This document shows, piece by piece, positions 10,901 through 19,530 of a DNA stretch of 64,000 nucleotides. The number at the start of each line of letters is the position of its first letter. Positions within the stretch are counted from its first letter, which is position 1. The DNA comes from an uncultured Parachlamydiaceae bacterium (GTDB lineage: Bacteria > Chlamydiota > Chlamydiia > Chlamydiales > Parachlamydiaceae), in assembly GCA_963742415.1 (NCBI GenBank), contig CAVULX010000002.1, positions 192,001 through 256,000 on the forward strand, given 5' to 3'. The notes under the pieces are model-generated. The model was not told the origin of the DNA, did not search any database, and saw only the letters and a list, made by a program, of their open reading frames with translations. The position numbers and the translations under genes are program-made.

Positions 10901-11355
10901 TTTCCATATTGGAGAAAAAGATGGGTCAAAGTGTTTGAGAGGGAGATCAAACGGCGCCGGCTTTTGGCTGTCCACTCTTCTGTATTTTTTATATGAAGGT
11001 AAGAACGCAACGGAGCCCAAGCTTCACTTGCTCCGGGCAGCGGTTTCATCAACATTGTACGCAAAGAATCCTCGATGGCCAAAGCAAGCTCCAGTTCCGT
11101 TGGCAGCTTGCCATTCGACGGGGGTTTTAAAAGGTCTTTAACGGTTTGGATCGCCCGATCGAGGTAACAAAACTCAAGGCCGGCAGCAATGCCCAAAGCG
11201 GGATCTTGGGCTAAATGAAGCTGAAGCCACGACTTCATCGCGGGGCTGGGAATGACAACGAGGCGGCGGGTGAAAGGGGTCGAAGGGGGTGCGTAGAGAG
11301 AATTTTTGAACGAATCAAACAAATTTTCAATTCGATTACTATAAAAGACATCCAA
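7906..11355 (-). CDS. recC: Exodeoxyribonuclease V gamma subunit
   Basis: YSNRIENL, NPLLANFGKLGR, DIVVMAPDI, LLPMRTIP, DRYLFLETLLSAR; operon with recB/recD. Confidence 0.96.
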   Translation of the reverse strand: MDVFYSNRIENLFDSFKNSLYAPPSTPFTRRLVVIPSPAMKSWLQLHLAQDPALGIAAGLEFCYLDRAIQTVKDLLKPPSNGKLPTELELALAIEDSLRTMLMKPLPGASEAWAPLRSYLHIKNTEEWTAKSRRRLISLSNTLTHLFLQYGKYGGRWLQGWEASSTTHWQQQLWSQLFHPDAPWTYLYRELKKPFYPRSSSPDLVVHLFSVSFLPTIYFDFFKECDPQIPIKHYLLSPCQQFWSDIRSQREMTWLLRTFEKKGVSGSQRMDLESYLRDCNPLLANFGKLGRERTLKIEESVENLEEMYTLHNSIADHPAYAPFLQPETHFASDEGPLTLLEALQADMQLLRNPVKTIKPQFSHYDGSVQLHSAPSKLREVQAIYDVLLGILDRHSDNQEDPIGPRDIVVMAPDIGDYEPFIKMVFQDAESLCNVQIMDLCLASQNRVVQGFLHLLSLPSSRWDAVSVFTLFRHPSFQKKHQIKGEEIHHLETWIKECRITWGRTVVHRNEILRREHCRNAILDESSVGTWDYGLRRLIGGLIQAGESTEHLPIPPYEEIDFAQGEFLGKVVVLLETLEQELKCLTDNSSLSLGEWAAKLQHLLESNFAFEEGDREGAQKLYDFFDALRAANSRLPQALFKFETIFWHIESFLSDKGSTYHESHLSAIRFCSLLPMRTIPAKIIVLMGMQEGAFPRQQIRSSLDLMGGQEQADYCPSQQDFDRYLFLETLLSARRYFLMSYVNLSEEDHKEQPPSLLISELMHYMDSAYEISGGACSTLCTTRHPYNPFDQIYFAAHTSCPSYSWTQYNNALAFYHQQKKTPFSFMPAFVWQQAKGKIEKIRIDIRELSSFAGNPLKAYFNRSLGIYLENENQKEMEVAERFQLSLLDQDKIRKSALKNSFHTALERSCKLGQIPFGILRDLAIDRLQEDIQDLQDNLNKAGADPKELFEVEFSELFSVPRRDHTGKWQLPPLNLRHQDYGDILLVGNFSEVSEQGLVLHRKGKAEDIVKVVPHFLAFQSLIRLYSLPFKPQLIFAKDGKVGDPFTEDPEKELAKYIAYYLSGLENASPLIPEWVSHFLTEDPSKVQEKLASTINNPFSKIYNEYLHWLLRGGGFPHAEPMIDQWKPFAEELFSDAFACWTPKKRKKNDA

Positions 11356-11399
11356 GCTTTACCATCCACAGGTTGGAAATTTGATCTCATAACTTGAGT

Positions 11400-11987
11400 T
11401 CATAAATAATTGGCGGTAATCAACGCATCCAGGATGATCTTTGCACTTCCGGCGAATAACCCTACACAACCAAAAAAAATGGCTAAAGCCGTATGAAAAT
11501 CTGTGGCCGTCAGCAATGTCGATAAGATATAAGCAAGATTGCTCACAATCCCATAAGCTGCCGATACACGTGTTTTTGCTGCCGAACTAGCCATGAAAAC
11601 ATCTACATTATATTTTAATGCATATAAGTTTGAAATCGTAAAGACAATTAACCCGGCTTCTGCCAACTCGGGGGAGTTTAAAATCAGAGCTGCTATTCCA
11701 ATAATGCCCGACAAACTATACATGGTCCCATGATAGACGCTATAGTGCCTTTCAGGTGTAGAAGGCTTAGTATGAATGAGATCCCAACTTAATTCCTTGC
11801 CGCCGCAAGCTATTAAGGCTATGTTTTGAATCAATTGAAAACGTTTGACGGCTAAATCTAAAACTTGTTCCCCATAAGGAATACCCTGAAGAGTTGAATG
11901 AACATTTTGCATCCAATTGACCGCCTGAGGAACCGCTGTTATACTCATAAGATTTTCATCTGGTTGGGGGTTTTGTATTGGTAACAA
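11400..11987 (-). CDS. Hypothetical multi-pass membrane protein
   Basis: 195-aa ORF with about 4 hydrophobic segments; start uncertain (TTG). Confidence 0.65.
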   Translation of the reverse strand: MLPIQNPQPDENLMSITAVPQAVNWMQNVHSTLQGIPYGEQVLDLAVKRFQLIQNIALIACGGKELSWDLIHTKPSTPERHYSVYHGTMYSLSGIIGIAALILNSPELAEAGLIVFTISNLYALKYNVDVFMASSAAKTRVSAAYGIVSNLAYILSTLLTATDFHTALAIFFGCVGLFAGSAKIILDALITANYL

Positions 11988-12184
11988 ATTTTATTGCAAG
12001 AAACCTTCTTTTTAATATACGTTAAGGTTTGTAGCCCTCTAGTTTGAATATGTTTTCAAAATCTCAATCGGATAATTTGAAGACAACTATATCTCTTGCT
12101 ATGATATAGAGCAAGAACGAAATCTATAAAAAATATTTTTGTTTATGACAAAATAATTAATTATAAATCTTAGTATTAGGAGAA

Positions 12185-13561
12185 TTGAAAATGACAGGTT
12201 TTCCAGATACTTATCTATCAAGTTCTCTCAGGTCAATCACCGGCACTTCATATGAAAATAGAGCGGCTGCAAATAGAGTGACAAAAAGTCCCTCTCCAAA
12301 AATTTCTCTTAATCAGGAACAAATAAACAAGGCTGACTATATAGGGAGTTCTACACTTAAACAAGATACAATAAGTATTCCATTATCCCATTATTATGCA
12401 TTAATGGACAACACAAGGCTACTAAATACATTCCTTAATGAGGACGATGTAGATGGCACACATGAAGTCAACGGAATTACTGCTTTGCAGGTTGCTTCTG
12501 TTGCTAACTCAATAGAATGCATGAAGGTGATTATCTCAAGAGGAGGAAATGTTAATAAACCAGATAATCATGGTATAACCGCTTTGCATCTAGCTGTCAA
12601 GAAAAATGAAAAAACTGCTTTTGATATCTTAATGGAACAACCAAATATTGATATTACGGTCAAAAATAAAGACAACATCACCGCTTTCCACTTATCAGCC
12701 AAGTTTAATTCTACTGTTCGTTTAGAAAAGTTGATTCAACATAGCAAAGACCCTGCAAAGGGGGGAAGCAGCGAGCTTATGGAATCATTGATTAATGGTT
12801 CAGATGCATGGGATCAAGGGCCTATACATTATGCCGCAAGCTATGCATCTGAGGGCACGCTGCAAATATTGATCGATAATGGCGCCGATATGGAAAAAAA
12901 AGAGGAAATCGGAAATACCCCCCTATTATCGGCTGCTTGTCAAGGATTTTTTAGTAGTATAAAGAAATTATTAGCTGCCAAGGCCGATGTGGCAGCAACA
13001 AACAATGCAGGCCAAAACATCCTTCATTCATTAATCCAATATTTATTCGACCAAAAAAAAAATGAGATTGACATTCCATCGTTTTTAATTTCGATGCAAA
13101 TTTTTTTAAATAAATTGAAAAAATTGGTAGGTGATCAAAAATTTTCTGAGCTAATCAACAGTAAAGATAAAAGAGGCTTTACCCCTTTGTTATTAGCAGA
13201 ACAGCTTGCAAAAGATGAAACAATCCCAGCTCCGGATCGTGGGAAATTGCAAGATACGTTAAAAAGAATGGGAGCCAAAGAGCAAAAACCTAGACTAAAA
13301 GACAACACATGCAAAATTTGTCAAAAGATAATCATCGAAAGTAATACTCTATCCTGTGGAGATTCATTTTGCGGAATGTGCCTGCGAAAATGGAAGAAAG
13401 AACAAGAACCGAATAATCTGCCTGTAAATGGATGTCCGAGTGATCCGAGTGGACATGCGAATGCAAAAATAGTTCGCGATTCCCGCAGCAACGCTCCCTA
13501 TGACGCCATACTCAAGTTTTACTTTCCCAATAGAACTAAGAAAAGATACGCCTACAGTTAA
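12185..13561 (+). CDS. Ankyrin-repeat protein with C-terminal RING-like domain (candidate effector)
   Basis: GITALQVA, GITALHLA, ITAFHLSA, GPIHYAA, GNTPLLSA, GQNILH, GFTPLLLA repeats; CKIC..CGDSFCGMC..CPSD. Confidence 0.9.
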   Translation: MKMTGFPDTYLSSSLRSITGTSYENRAAANRVTKSPSPKISLNQEQINKADYIGSSTLKQDTISIPLSHYYALMDNTRLLNTFLNEDDVDGTHEVNGITALQVASVANSIECMKVIISRGGNVNKPDNHGITALHLAVKKNEKTAFDILMEQPNIDITVKNKDNITAFHLSAKFNSTVRLEKLIQHSKDPAKGGSSELMESLINGSDAWDQGPIHYAASYASEGTLQILIDNGADMEKKEEIGNTPLLSAACQGFFSSIKKLLAAKADVAATNNAGQNILHSLIQYLFDQKKNEIDIPSFLISMQIFLNKLKKLVGDQKFSELINSKDKRGFTPLLLAEQLAKDETIPAPDRGKLQDTLKRMGAKEQKPRLKDNTCKICQKIIIESNTLSCGDSFCGMCLRKWKKEQEPNNLPVNGCPSDPSGHANAKIVRDSRSNAPYDAILKFYFPNRTKKRYAYS

Positions 13562-13577
13562 ACCGATCCCGGAATAG

Positions 13578-13637
13578 GGATAAGCAGGATCAATAATCCT
13601 GCTTATCCTGCCGCTTGCGATCCTGCATATCCTGTTC
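13578..13637. repeat. Truncated CAGGATAAG-family palindromic element
   Basis: Hairpin GGATAAGCAGGAT-caata-ATCCTGCTTATCC, then TGCCGCTTGCGATCCTGCATATCCTGTTC, nearly identical to the right arm of the 2274 element. Confidence 0.9.
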
Positions 13638-13643
13638 AATCTT

Positions 13644-13678
13644 ATTCATCCCTGATTCATCCCCGATTCATCCCTGAT
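13644..13678. repeat. 3 x 11-bp tandem repeat ATTCATCCC(T/C)G overlapping the fmt 3' end
   Basis: attcatccctg attcatccccg attcatccctg. Confidence 0.9.
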
Positions 13679-14602
13679 CTGGAGAAATTCGCTGGGAGTT
13701 CCTCGCATAAATTCTTCGGCCGACATCGCTCTTTTTCCTTCGAGCTGCACCTCTAACAGCCGAAGGGCGCCTTTTCCACATCCGATGATGAGCCCCTCTT
13801 TTCCATATTTTAAAATTTTTCCGGGAGCCCCTTGCAGATCCACACGCTGTGTCTTAAACACTTTCAATCTCAAAGAATGGCCACGCACAGTCGTAAAACA
13901 CCAAGCTCCAGGATAAGGAAAAACCCCTCGGACAAGATTGTGCAGCTCTTCCGCAGAGCGGTTCCAGTCTATTTGGCAATCTTCCAATTCAATTTTAGGG
14001 GCATATGTAACCAAAGAATCATCTTGCGGCTTACGAAGGAAAATCCCCTGTTCAAATTCACGGATCACTTCCAGCAAAACAGGAGAACCTTCATGGCATA
14101 AAATTTCCTCAAGCTCCCCAAAACTCATCTCTTCAGTAATCGGAACCTTGACCGCTTTGATGATGTCGCCTGCATCCATTTTTTTAACCATGTGCATAAT
14201 GGTGACACCCGTTTCTTTTTCCCCTTTCAAAATAGCTCGTTGGATGGGTGCAGCCCCCCGATATTTAGGAAGCAAGCTTGCATGCAAGTTGATGCAGCCT
14301 AAACGGGGCATATCTAGCAAATGTTGTTTGATGATTTCTCCATAAGCAACCACAACAAAGAGATCGGCTTGGAAAGGGGGCAGGACATCGGCAAATTCGG
14401 GAGCTGACACAAGCTCCGGTTGAAACACCGGAATCTTCTTTTCTAATGCCACAGCCTTGACAGGTGTGGGTATTGGGGATCCGGAACGCCCTTTCGGTTT
14501 ATCCGGTTTGGTGATGGCAGCAACAACCTCCACATGATGATCTAAAAGATAGCGTAGAACCTCGGCCGCAAATGGGGGTGTTCCAAAGTAAACGATTTTC
14601 AT
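13646..14602 (-). CDS. fmt: Methionyl-tRNA formyltransferase
   Basis: FGTPPFA, VVAYGEII, INLHASLLPKYRGAAPIQ, MDAGD. Confidence 0.98.
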   Translation of the reverse strand: MKIVYFGTPPFAAEVLRYLLDHHVEVVAAITKPDKPKGRSGSPIPTPVKAVALEKKIPVFQPELVSAPEFADVLPPFQADLFVVVAYGEIIKQHLLDMPRLGCINLHASLLPKYRGAAPIQRAILKGEKETGVTIMHMVKKMDAGDIIKAVKVPITEEMSFGELEEILCHEGSPVLLEVIREFEQGIFLRKPQDDSLVTYAPKIELEDCQIDWNRSAEELHNLVRGVFPYPGAWCFTTVRGHSLRLKVFKTQRVDLQGAPGKILKYGKEGLIIGCGKGALRLLEVQLEGKRAMSAEEFMRGTPSEFLQIRDESGMNQG

Positions 14603-14611
14603 CCGTAGACC

Positions 14612-15469
14612 TTAGTCTATTGCGGCGTATTCTTTTTCTTCTTCTTTTTCAATTTGCTCGAAGTCATCTTCCGGACCATAACTAGCTTGCAAGCCCATGA
14701 GGCCCCGCTTTGATTCACGGCAAAATTTTAGCCAATGTTGAATCTCGGGAAGCTGTTCAGTAGAAGTTTCGATTTGGTTCAAAGCTTCCTCCAGACGCAA
14801 ATTTGAGCGATAGACCAGCTTGTAGGCCTTGCTAAGCTCTTTTCGTGTTTTAAGTGCGAACCCATTGCGCTTGAGGCCGATGATGTTGAGGCCGCCGAAT
14901 TTATAAGGAATACCCGCTCCGATTGTATAAGGGGGGATATCGTGTGTAATGCGGCTCATCCCTCCGACCATGGCATAAGAGCCGATTCGGGAGTATTGGT
15001 GGACGGCTGTCATACCGCCAATAATGGCTCCATCTTCAACGGTGACATGACCGGCTAAGTTCACATTGTTGCTTAAGATGACCCGGTTCCCTAGACGGCA
15101 GTGGTGTGCCACATGGCAATAGGCCATGATTAAGCAGTGATCCCCCACTTTGACTTCGGAATTTTCTTCGAATGAGGAATTGATCGTTACGAATTCCCGG
15201 ATTTCGCAGTTTTTCCCAATCCGTACAAAGGTTTTTTCCCCGCGGTATTTTAGGGCTTGCGTTTTGGTGCCGATGCTAGCTGAAGGATACACTATAGTTC
15301 CTTCACCGATGGTTGTGTGGCCATCAATGTAAGCGTGTGATTTGATGATGACGCGGTCTTCCAACGTCACATTTTCTTTCACGACAGCGTAAGGTTCAAT
15401 GGTGACATCTGTACCGATTTTTGCCCCTGGCTCTACGATGGCTAGAGGATGAATGTTTGGTTTGCTCAT
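14612..15469 (-). CDS. lpxA: Acyl-ACP--UDP-N-acetylglucosamine O-acyltransferase
   Basis: Hexapeptide repeats, IREFVTI, MAYCHVAH, LAGHV, VHQY, GLNIIGLKR. Confidence 0.98.
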   Translation of the reverse strand: MSKPNIHPLAIVEPGAKIGTDVTIEPYAVVKENVTLEDRVIIKSHAYIDGHTTIGEGTIVYPSASIGTKTQALKYRGEKTFVRIGKNCEIREFVTINSSFEENSEVKVGDHCLIMAYCHVAHHCRLGNRVILSNNVNLAGHVTVEDGAIIGGMTAVHQYSRIGSYAMVGGMSRITHDIPPYTIGAGIPYKFGGLNIIGLKRNGFALKTRKELSKAYKLVYRSNLRLEEALNQIETSTEQLPEIQHWLKFCRESKRGLMGLQASYGPEDDFEQIEKEEEKEYAAID

Positions 15470-15514
15470 GAGGTCGTCTATCTATTTTTAAGTGTTAACG
15501 TTAAATTGCTTATC

Positions 15515-15982
15515 TTATATTTGGCTTTTGTCGACAAGAGCAAAACCGATTTCTGCTTCGACGGCAATCTTATCATTGACATAAGCTTCTACTTTCACAC
15601 GCCCCCCTTTGGAACTAAAATGCAATCCTTCCCCTTTTAAAAGGAGAACATCTCCCGGACGAACCGGATGGCGAAACTTGGCATTGTTGACATTGAGGAG
15701 AACGGCAATTTTTGGGATGTCTGCTTTCAAATGCACAAGAACTCCTCCTGCTTGTGCCAGAGCCTCCAAAATTAAAAACCCCGGCATCAAGGGAACATCG
15801 GGAAAATGCCCTTGAAAAAAAGCCTCATTGATGGTGACATTTTTTTGGCCAAGGATGTGCCCTTTCTCCAAATCTATTTCCAAGATTTTATCCACCAGCA
15901 AAAAGGGGTAGCGGTGGGGAAGGATCTTAATGATCTCTTTTACATCGAGAGATTTACGATGTTCCTGCTTATCTGCTTGCAT
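15515..15982 (-). CDS. fabZ: 3-hydroxyacyl-ACP dehydratase
   Basis: LPHRYPFLLVD, KNVTINEAFFQGHFP, EALAQ. Confidence 0.98.
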   Translation of the reverse strand: MQADKQEHRKSLDVKEIIKILPHRYPFLLVDKILEIDLEKGHILGQKNVTINEAFFQGHFPDVPLMPGFLILEALAQAGGVLVHLKADIPKIAVLLNVNNAKFRHPVRPGDVLLLKGEGLHFSSKGGRVKVEAYVNDKIAVEAEIGFALVDKSQI

Positions 15983-16866
15983 TAACTCTTCTCCATCGTA
16001 ATATGATTATACAATTTTTTGGCAAAAGCCACATTGGATGAGTGCCCTGAGCGGATAGCTAAGATATGGGCACAGAAATTGAAGCCTACTAAGCTGAGGT
16101 CGCCGATCATATCCAAAATTTTATGGCGCGCCATCTCGTCGGGAAAAAAAAGTCCGTTTTTACTGAGAACAACATCCCCTTTGATCACGACAGCATTGTC
16201 TAAGCTTCCCCCTTTAATAAGGCCTCGATCCATCAACATGGAGACTTCTTCATAAAGGGAAAAAGTGCGGCAAGGAGCGATCTCTTGTTTAAATGAAGCG
16301 TGATCGACAACTAAAGAATGGAATTGTCCACGGAGGATGGGGGAATTGGGATAGTTTAATGTATAACTAATCCGAAATTGATCATCTGGAATGGCGACGA
16401 GGTGGATCTCCCCTTCCGACCAATAGATTGGCTTTTGCAGGTGGACAATAGGGACGATCCCTTCTTGATCCGCAATCCCCGCTTTTTCGATCATTTCTAC
16501 AAAAACATCCGAACTTCCATTCCCAACCGGGGGCTCGATACTGTTGATTTCAATGGTGAGATTATCAATTTGATTAGCGGCAAGTGCAGCAAGCACATGT
16601 TCGATGGTGTGGATCCGGATATTATTGATCCCTATCGTCGTACTTCGGGAAGTATCGCAAACATATTCGAGTGTGGCGGGAATAAGAGGTTGATCCGGGA
16701 GATCGACCCGCTTAAATGTGATCCCAGCCCCTTCTTTAGATGGGCAGAACCTCATGTTGACAACTTCACCTGTATGGATGCCGATCCCTGAAAACGAGAC
16801 ATCATTCTTTAACGTCCGCTGCTTGCGCGTCCGTATTTTATGTTTCGGATTGATGGGAGCTATCAT
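15982..16866 (-). CDS. lpxC: UDP-3-O-acyl-N-acetylglucosamine deacetylase
   Basis: GIGIHTG, TIEHVLAAL, GGSLDNA, RHKILDMIGDL, SGH. Confidence 0.98.
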   Translation of the reverse strand: MIAPINPKHKIRTRKQRTLKNDVSFSGIGIHTGEVVNMRFCPSKEGAGITFKRVDLPDQPLIPATLEYVCDTSRSTTIGINNIRIHTIEHVLAALAANQIDNLTIEINSIEPPVGNGSSDVFVEMIEKAGIADQEGIVPIVHLQKPIYWSEGEIHLVAIPDDQFRISYTLNYPNSPILRGQFHSLVVDHASFKQEIAPCRTFSLYEEVSMLMDRGLIKGGSLDNAVVIKGDVVLSKNGLFFPDEMARHKILDMIGDLSLVGFNFCAHILAIRSGHSSNVAFAKKLYNHITMEKS

Positions 16867-16999
16867 TCACTTCCATTAGTTTTAATTTTCATCCAAACTG
16901 TTAAATATCAAATGTTCGATCGTAAAGGATAAACTATTTTTAGATCAAGCAATTTTAAACTGAAGGAAAAACCGGTGGCTCCTAAGTAACTAGACACAA

Positions 17000-17172
17000 A
17001 GAAGGAAAAAACAGGATAAACAAGATCGTAAACGGCAGGATAAGCAAGATATTGAATAAAGAGTAAGAATATGCGTTTATGATTAAGTTAAGACTATTCA
17101 AAAAAAAATCGTTTTTTCTTTTATCCTGCTTATCCTGCCGTTTACGATCTTGCTTATCCTGTTTTTCCTTCT
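17000..17172. repeat. CAGGATAAG-family palindromic element, ~51-bp arms
   Basis: 17000-17051 pairs with 17122-17172; lies directly after the lnt stop codon. Confidence 0.93.
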
Positions 17173-18873
17173 CTATTCGGCAGGAAGGCGAAGAAAAAAC
17201 AAAACAAGAAAAACACTGAGCCCAATAATAAGGGTGTCGCCGAAGCGGGAATAAAGAGTTTTATAATGATATGTCGGCACCTCGACTTTAATGGAATCTG
17301 ATACCCATTCAGCCTGCGCGGGATTGTCCCCTAAAGTCGCCACCACACGCCCGAAGCTATCGGTAACGCCAGTAATTCCCGTATTGCAAGCGCGCACCAA
17401 CGGGATCCCGTTTTCCACCGTTCTCAACCTCGAATGATCATAATGTTGTTGCGTAAGACGAGAATTAGGATACCAAACATCGCTTGTCAAATTGACTATA
17501 ACTTCAGCTCCTTTCACTCGGCTTTCCCTCATGAGATCTCCAAACGTCTCCTCATAGCAAATAGAAAATCCCAGGGGAACTTTGCTGCCAAAAACTTTCG
17601 CTTCTGTGCCGGGGGTAAACGATCCGTAGACTCCATAAGATTCAGCCAATTTTTTTAAAAAGGAAAAAGGGATGTATTCCCCCATTGGAGCCAACACCCG
17701 TTTCTCATAGCGGTTTACAGTAAAGTCAGCGCCTTCGACAATGCCCGGTTGGAAATGAAGGGCGGCACTGTAATACTCTTTTTCCTCGGGTGATTTTTCT
17801 TCGATGTCTTCAAGTCCAATCACCACTTCGGCATTGAAAATATTGGCCAGCGCTTGGGACCAAAACGCATTGTTCACCATCCAAACATCCCCTTGCGTGG
17901 TGGCAATCGGCATGGCCCACGGTGCTTCCGGCCGTGGAAGCTTTTTGATGCTCTCAGGTCCATAAATTTCTTTGAATGCCGCCACCACCACAGGATAGGG
18001 GAAAATACAGGAATATGTTCCATAGGGAACCGTAAATTCCGGCAAGACAACGAGGTCGGTTGGGGCATTCAAGTGCTGCTTTGTAATCTTCAGGATCTGC
18101 TTCCATTCATCCAACACATAAGCGATCATGCTTTTCTGATCTTTGAAATTCATGACCTCTTCCACCGGAAATGCCGTTTGCACAAGAATAGCGGATAGTT
18201 TTTTGGTAGGATCCTTTTGCTGATTGGCAAAAGCTTCCTCATGAAGGTGGAGATGAACCATCCCATATAAAAAGGGGAGAGCCGCCGCAGAAACCCAGGC
18301 CCAGCCATAACGGAATCCAAGCATCCAGGTACGCAAGGCTAATAAATTGACTAATATGACCCAAAAGCTAAGGGCATAAATGCCCCCGAGGGAAGCTGTC
18401 TGAAGCCCATACAGGGAGCCTGTTAAAGCAAGCCCTACCGGATTCCATGAAAAACCTGAGAGGATAAACAGGCGGCTCCATTCCATCAAACACCATAAGC
18501 CTGCGATGGCCAGCAGCCGCGGCCAGCTCTTTAATTGGGAAGGTTGAATAAAAAGCGCGACGACGCCGAATTGCATCCCCACAAAAAAGGCTAAACCAAA
18601 GTAGACAGCAAAAATGTAGATGAAGGGATGGGAGACCATCCAGGAAAGTTGGATGATCTGAACTCCAAAAAACCAAGCTGTAGCCAACCAGAATCGCTGC
18701 TTCCCAGACGGAATATCACACAAAAGCCGCCAAAAAAAGGCGTATCCGCCGATAGCAGCCGCGACTGAACAAAATGAACTAAAAGCCGGCTGCCCAAATC
18801 CAACTAATAGGAGGGAGCCAACAAAAAACAAAACATTACGCCAAAAAAGCAATCGCTGTTGTTGATGATCCAT
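17173..18873 (-). CDS. lnt: Apolipoprotein N-acyltransferase
   Basis: N-terminal TMs, SGFSWNPVG, nitrilase triad VLPE / YEKRVLAPMGEY / ICYEE, RACNTGIT. Confidence 0.96.
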   Translation of the reverse strand: MDHQQQRLLFWRNVLFFVGSLLLVGFGQPAFSSFCSVAAAIGGYAFFWRLLCDIPSGKQRFWLATAWFFGVQIIQLSWMVSHPFIYIFAVYFGLAFFVGMQFGVVALFIQPSQLKSWPRLLAIAGLWCLMEWSRLFILSGFSWNPVGLALTGSLYGLQTASLGGIYALSFWVILVNLLALRTWMLGFRYGWAWVSAAALPFLYGMVHLHLHEEAFANQQKDPTKKLSAILVQTAFPVEEVMNFKDQKSMIAYVLDEWKQILKITKQHLNAPTDLVVLPEFTVPYGTYSCIFPYPVVVAAFKEIYGPESIKKLPRPEAPWAMPIATTQGDVWMVNNAFWSQALANIFNAEVVIGLEDIEEKSPEEKEYYSAALHFQPGIVEGADFTVNRYEKRVLAPMGEYIPFSFLKKLAESYGVYGSFTPGTEAKVFGSKVPLGFSICYEETFGDLMRESRVKGAEVIVNLTSDVWYPNSRLTQQHYDHSRLRTVENGIPLVRACNTGITGVTDSFGRVVATLGDNPAQAEWVSDSIKVEVPTYHYKTLYSRFGDTLIIGLSVFLVLFFLRLPAE

Positions 18874-18953
18874 GGTTTAATAAGATATCACAAACAGCGA
18901 TTGTTTAAAAGTCCTCATGGGACACCAAATGCAAGTATTTATAATTTTATTTG

Positions 18954-19382
18954 CTATCCCTTAGGCGTTTCTCCCTTCGAACAACACACGCAAGCGTCGC
19001 ACGAGCATCCACCCGCACCACAGCTGATCACAAATAAAAGACCCCCAAAAATAGCTAAGTTTTTGAAAAACATCGCCATTTGTATTTCCTTCATCTCCGT
19101 TGCGTTCCAAAAGTCATGGAATATCAGCGTGGTTGGGATCAAATACAAAAGCAATAATATCGCCCCCCAACGGATTTTATACCCCACAAGAACCGAAAGG
19201 CCGCCAAGAATTTCGACGATAGCCGAACCATAAAGAAATAAAGGGACCATCGTCATCCCCTTAGAAGCCATATAAGCAGCGGTTCCGGCGGAATCCATAA
19301 ATTTGTGAACCCCCGCCATGATGAAGATCGCGCTTATACATATCCGACCTAATAGCATCCCAAAAGAACACATTGCACCCAT
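18954..19382 (-). CDS. DoxX family membrane protein with Cys-rich tail
   Basis: LLGRICISAIF, EILGGL, FHDFW, FFKNLAIFGGLL, GAG; tail CSCDACVCC. Confidence 0.9.
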   Translation of the reverse strand: MGAMCSFGMLLGRICISAIFIMAGVHKFMDSAGTAAYMASKGMTMVPLFLYGSAIVEILGGLSVLVGYKIRWGAILLLLYLIPTTLIFHDFWNATEMKEIQMAMFFKNLAIFGGLLFVISCGAGGCSCDACVCCSKGETPKG

Positions 19383-19530
19383 AAAAATAATCCTCCATTA
19401 AAAAGATGATGCAGCTTGTATCTTGATGAAAATATTTTTTTTAAACAATAGCTGTTTTCGTTTTCTTTTTCTTTTATAATCGATTTCTATTACAATGAAA
19501 TGCTTTAATTAATTTCGGAAGTTCTTTGAT

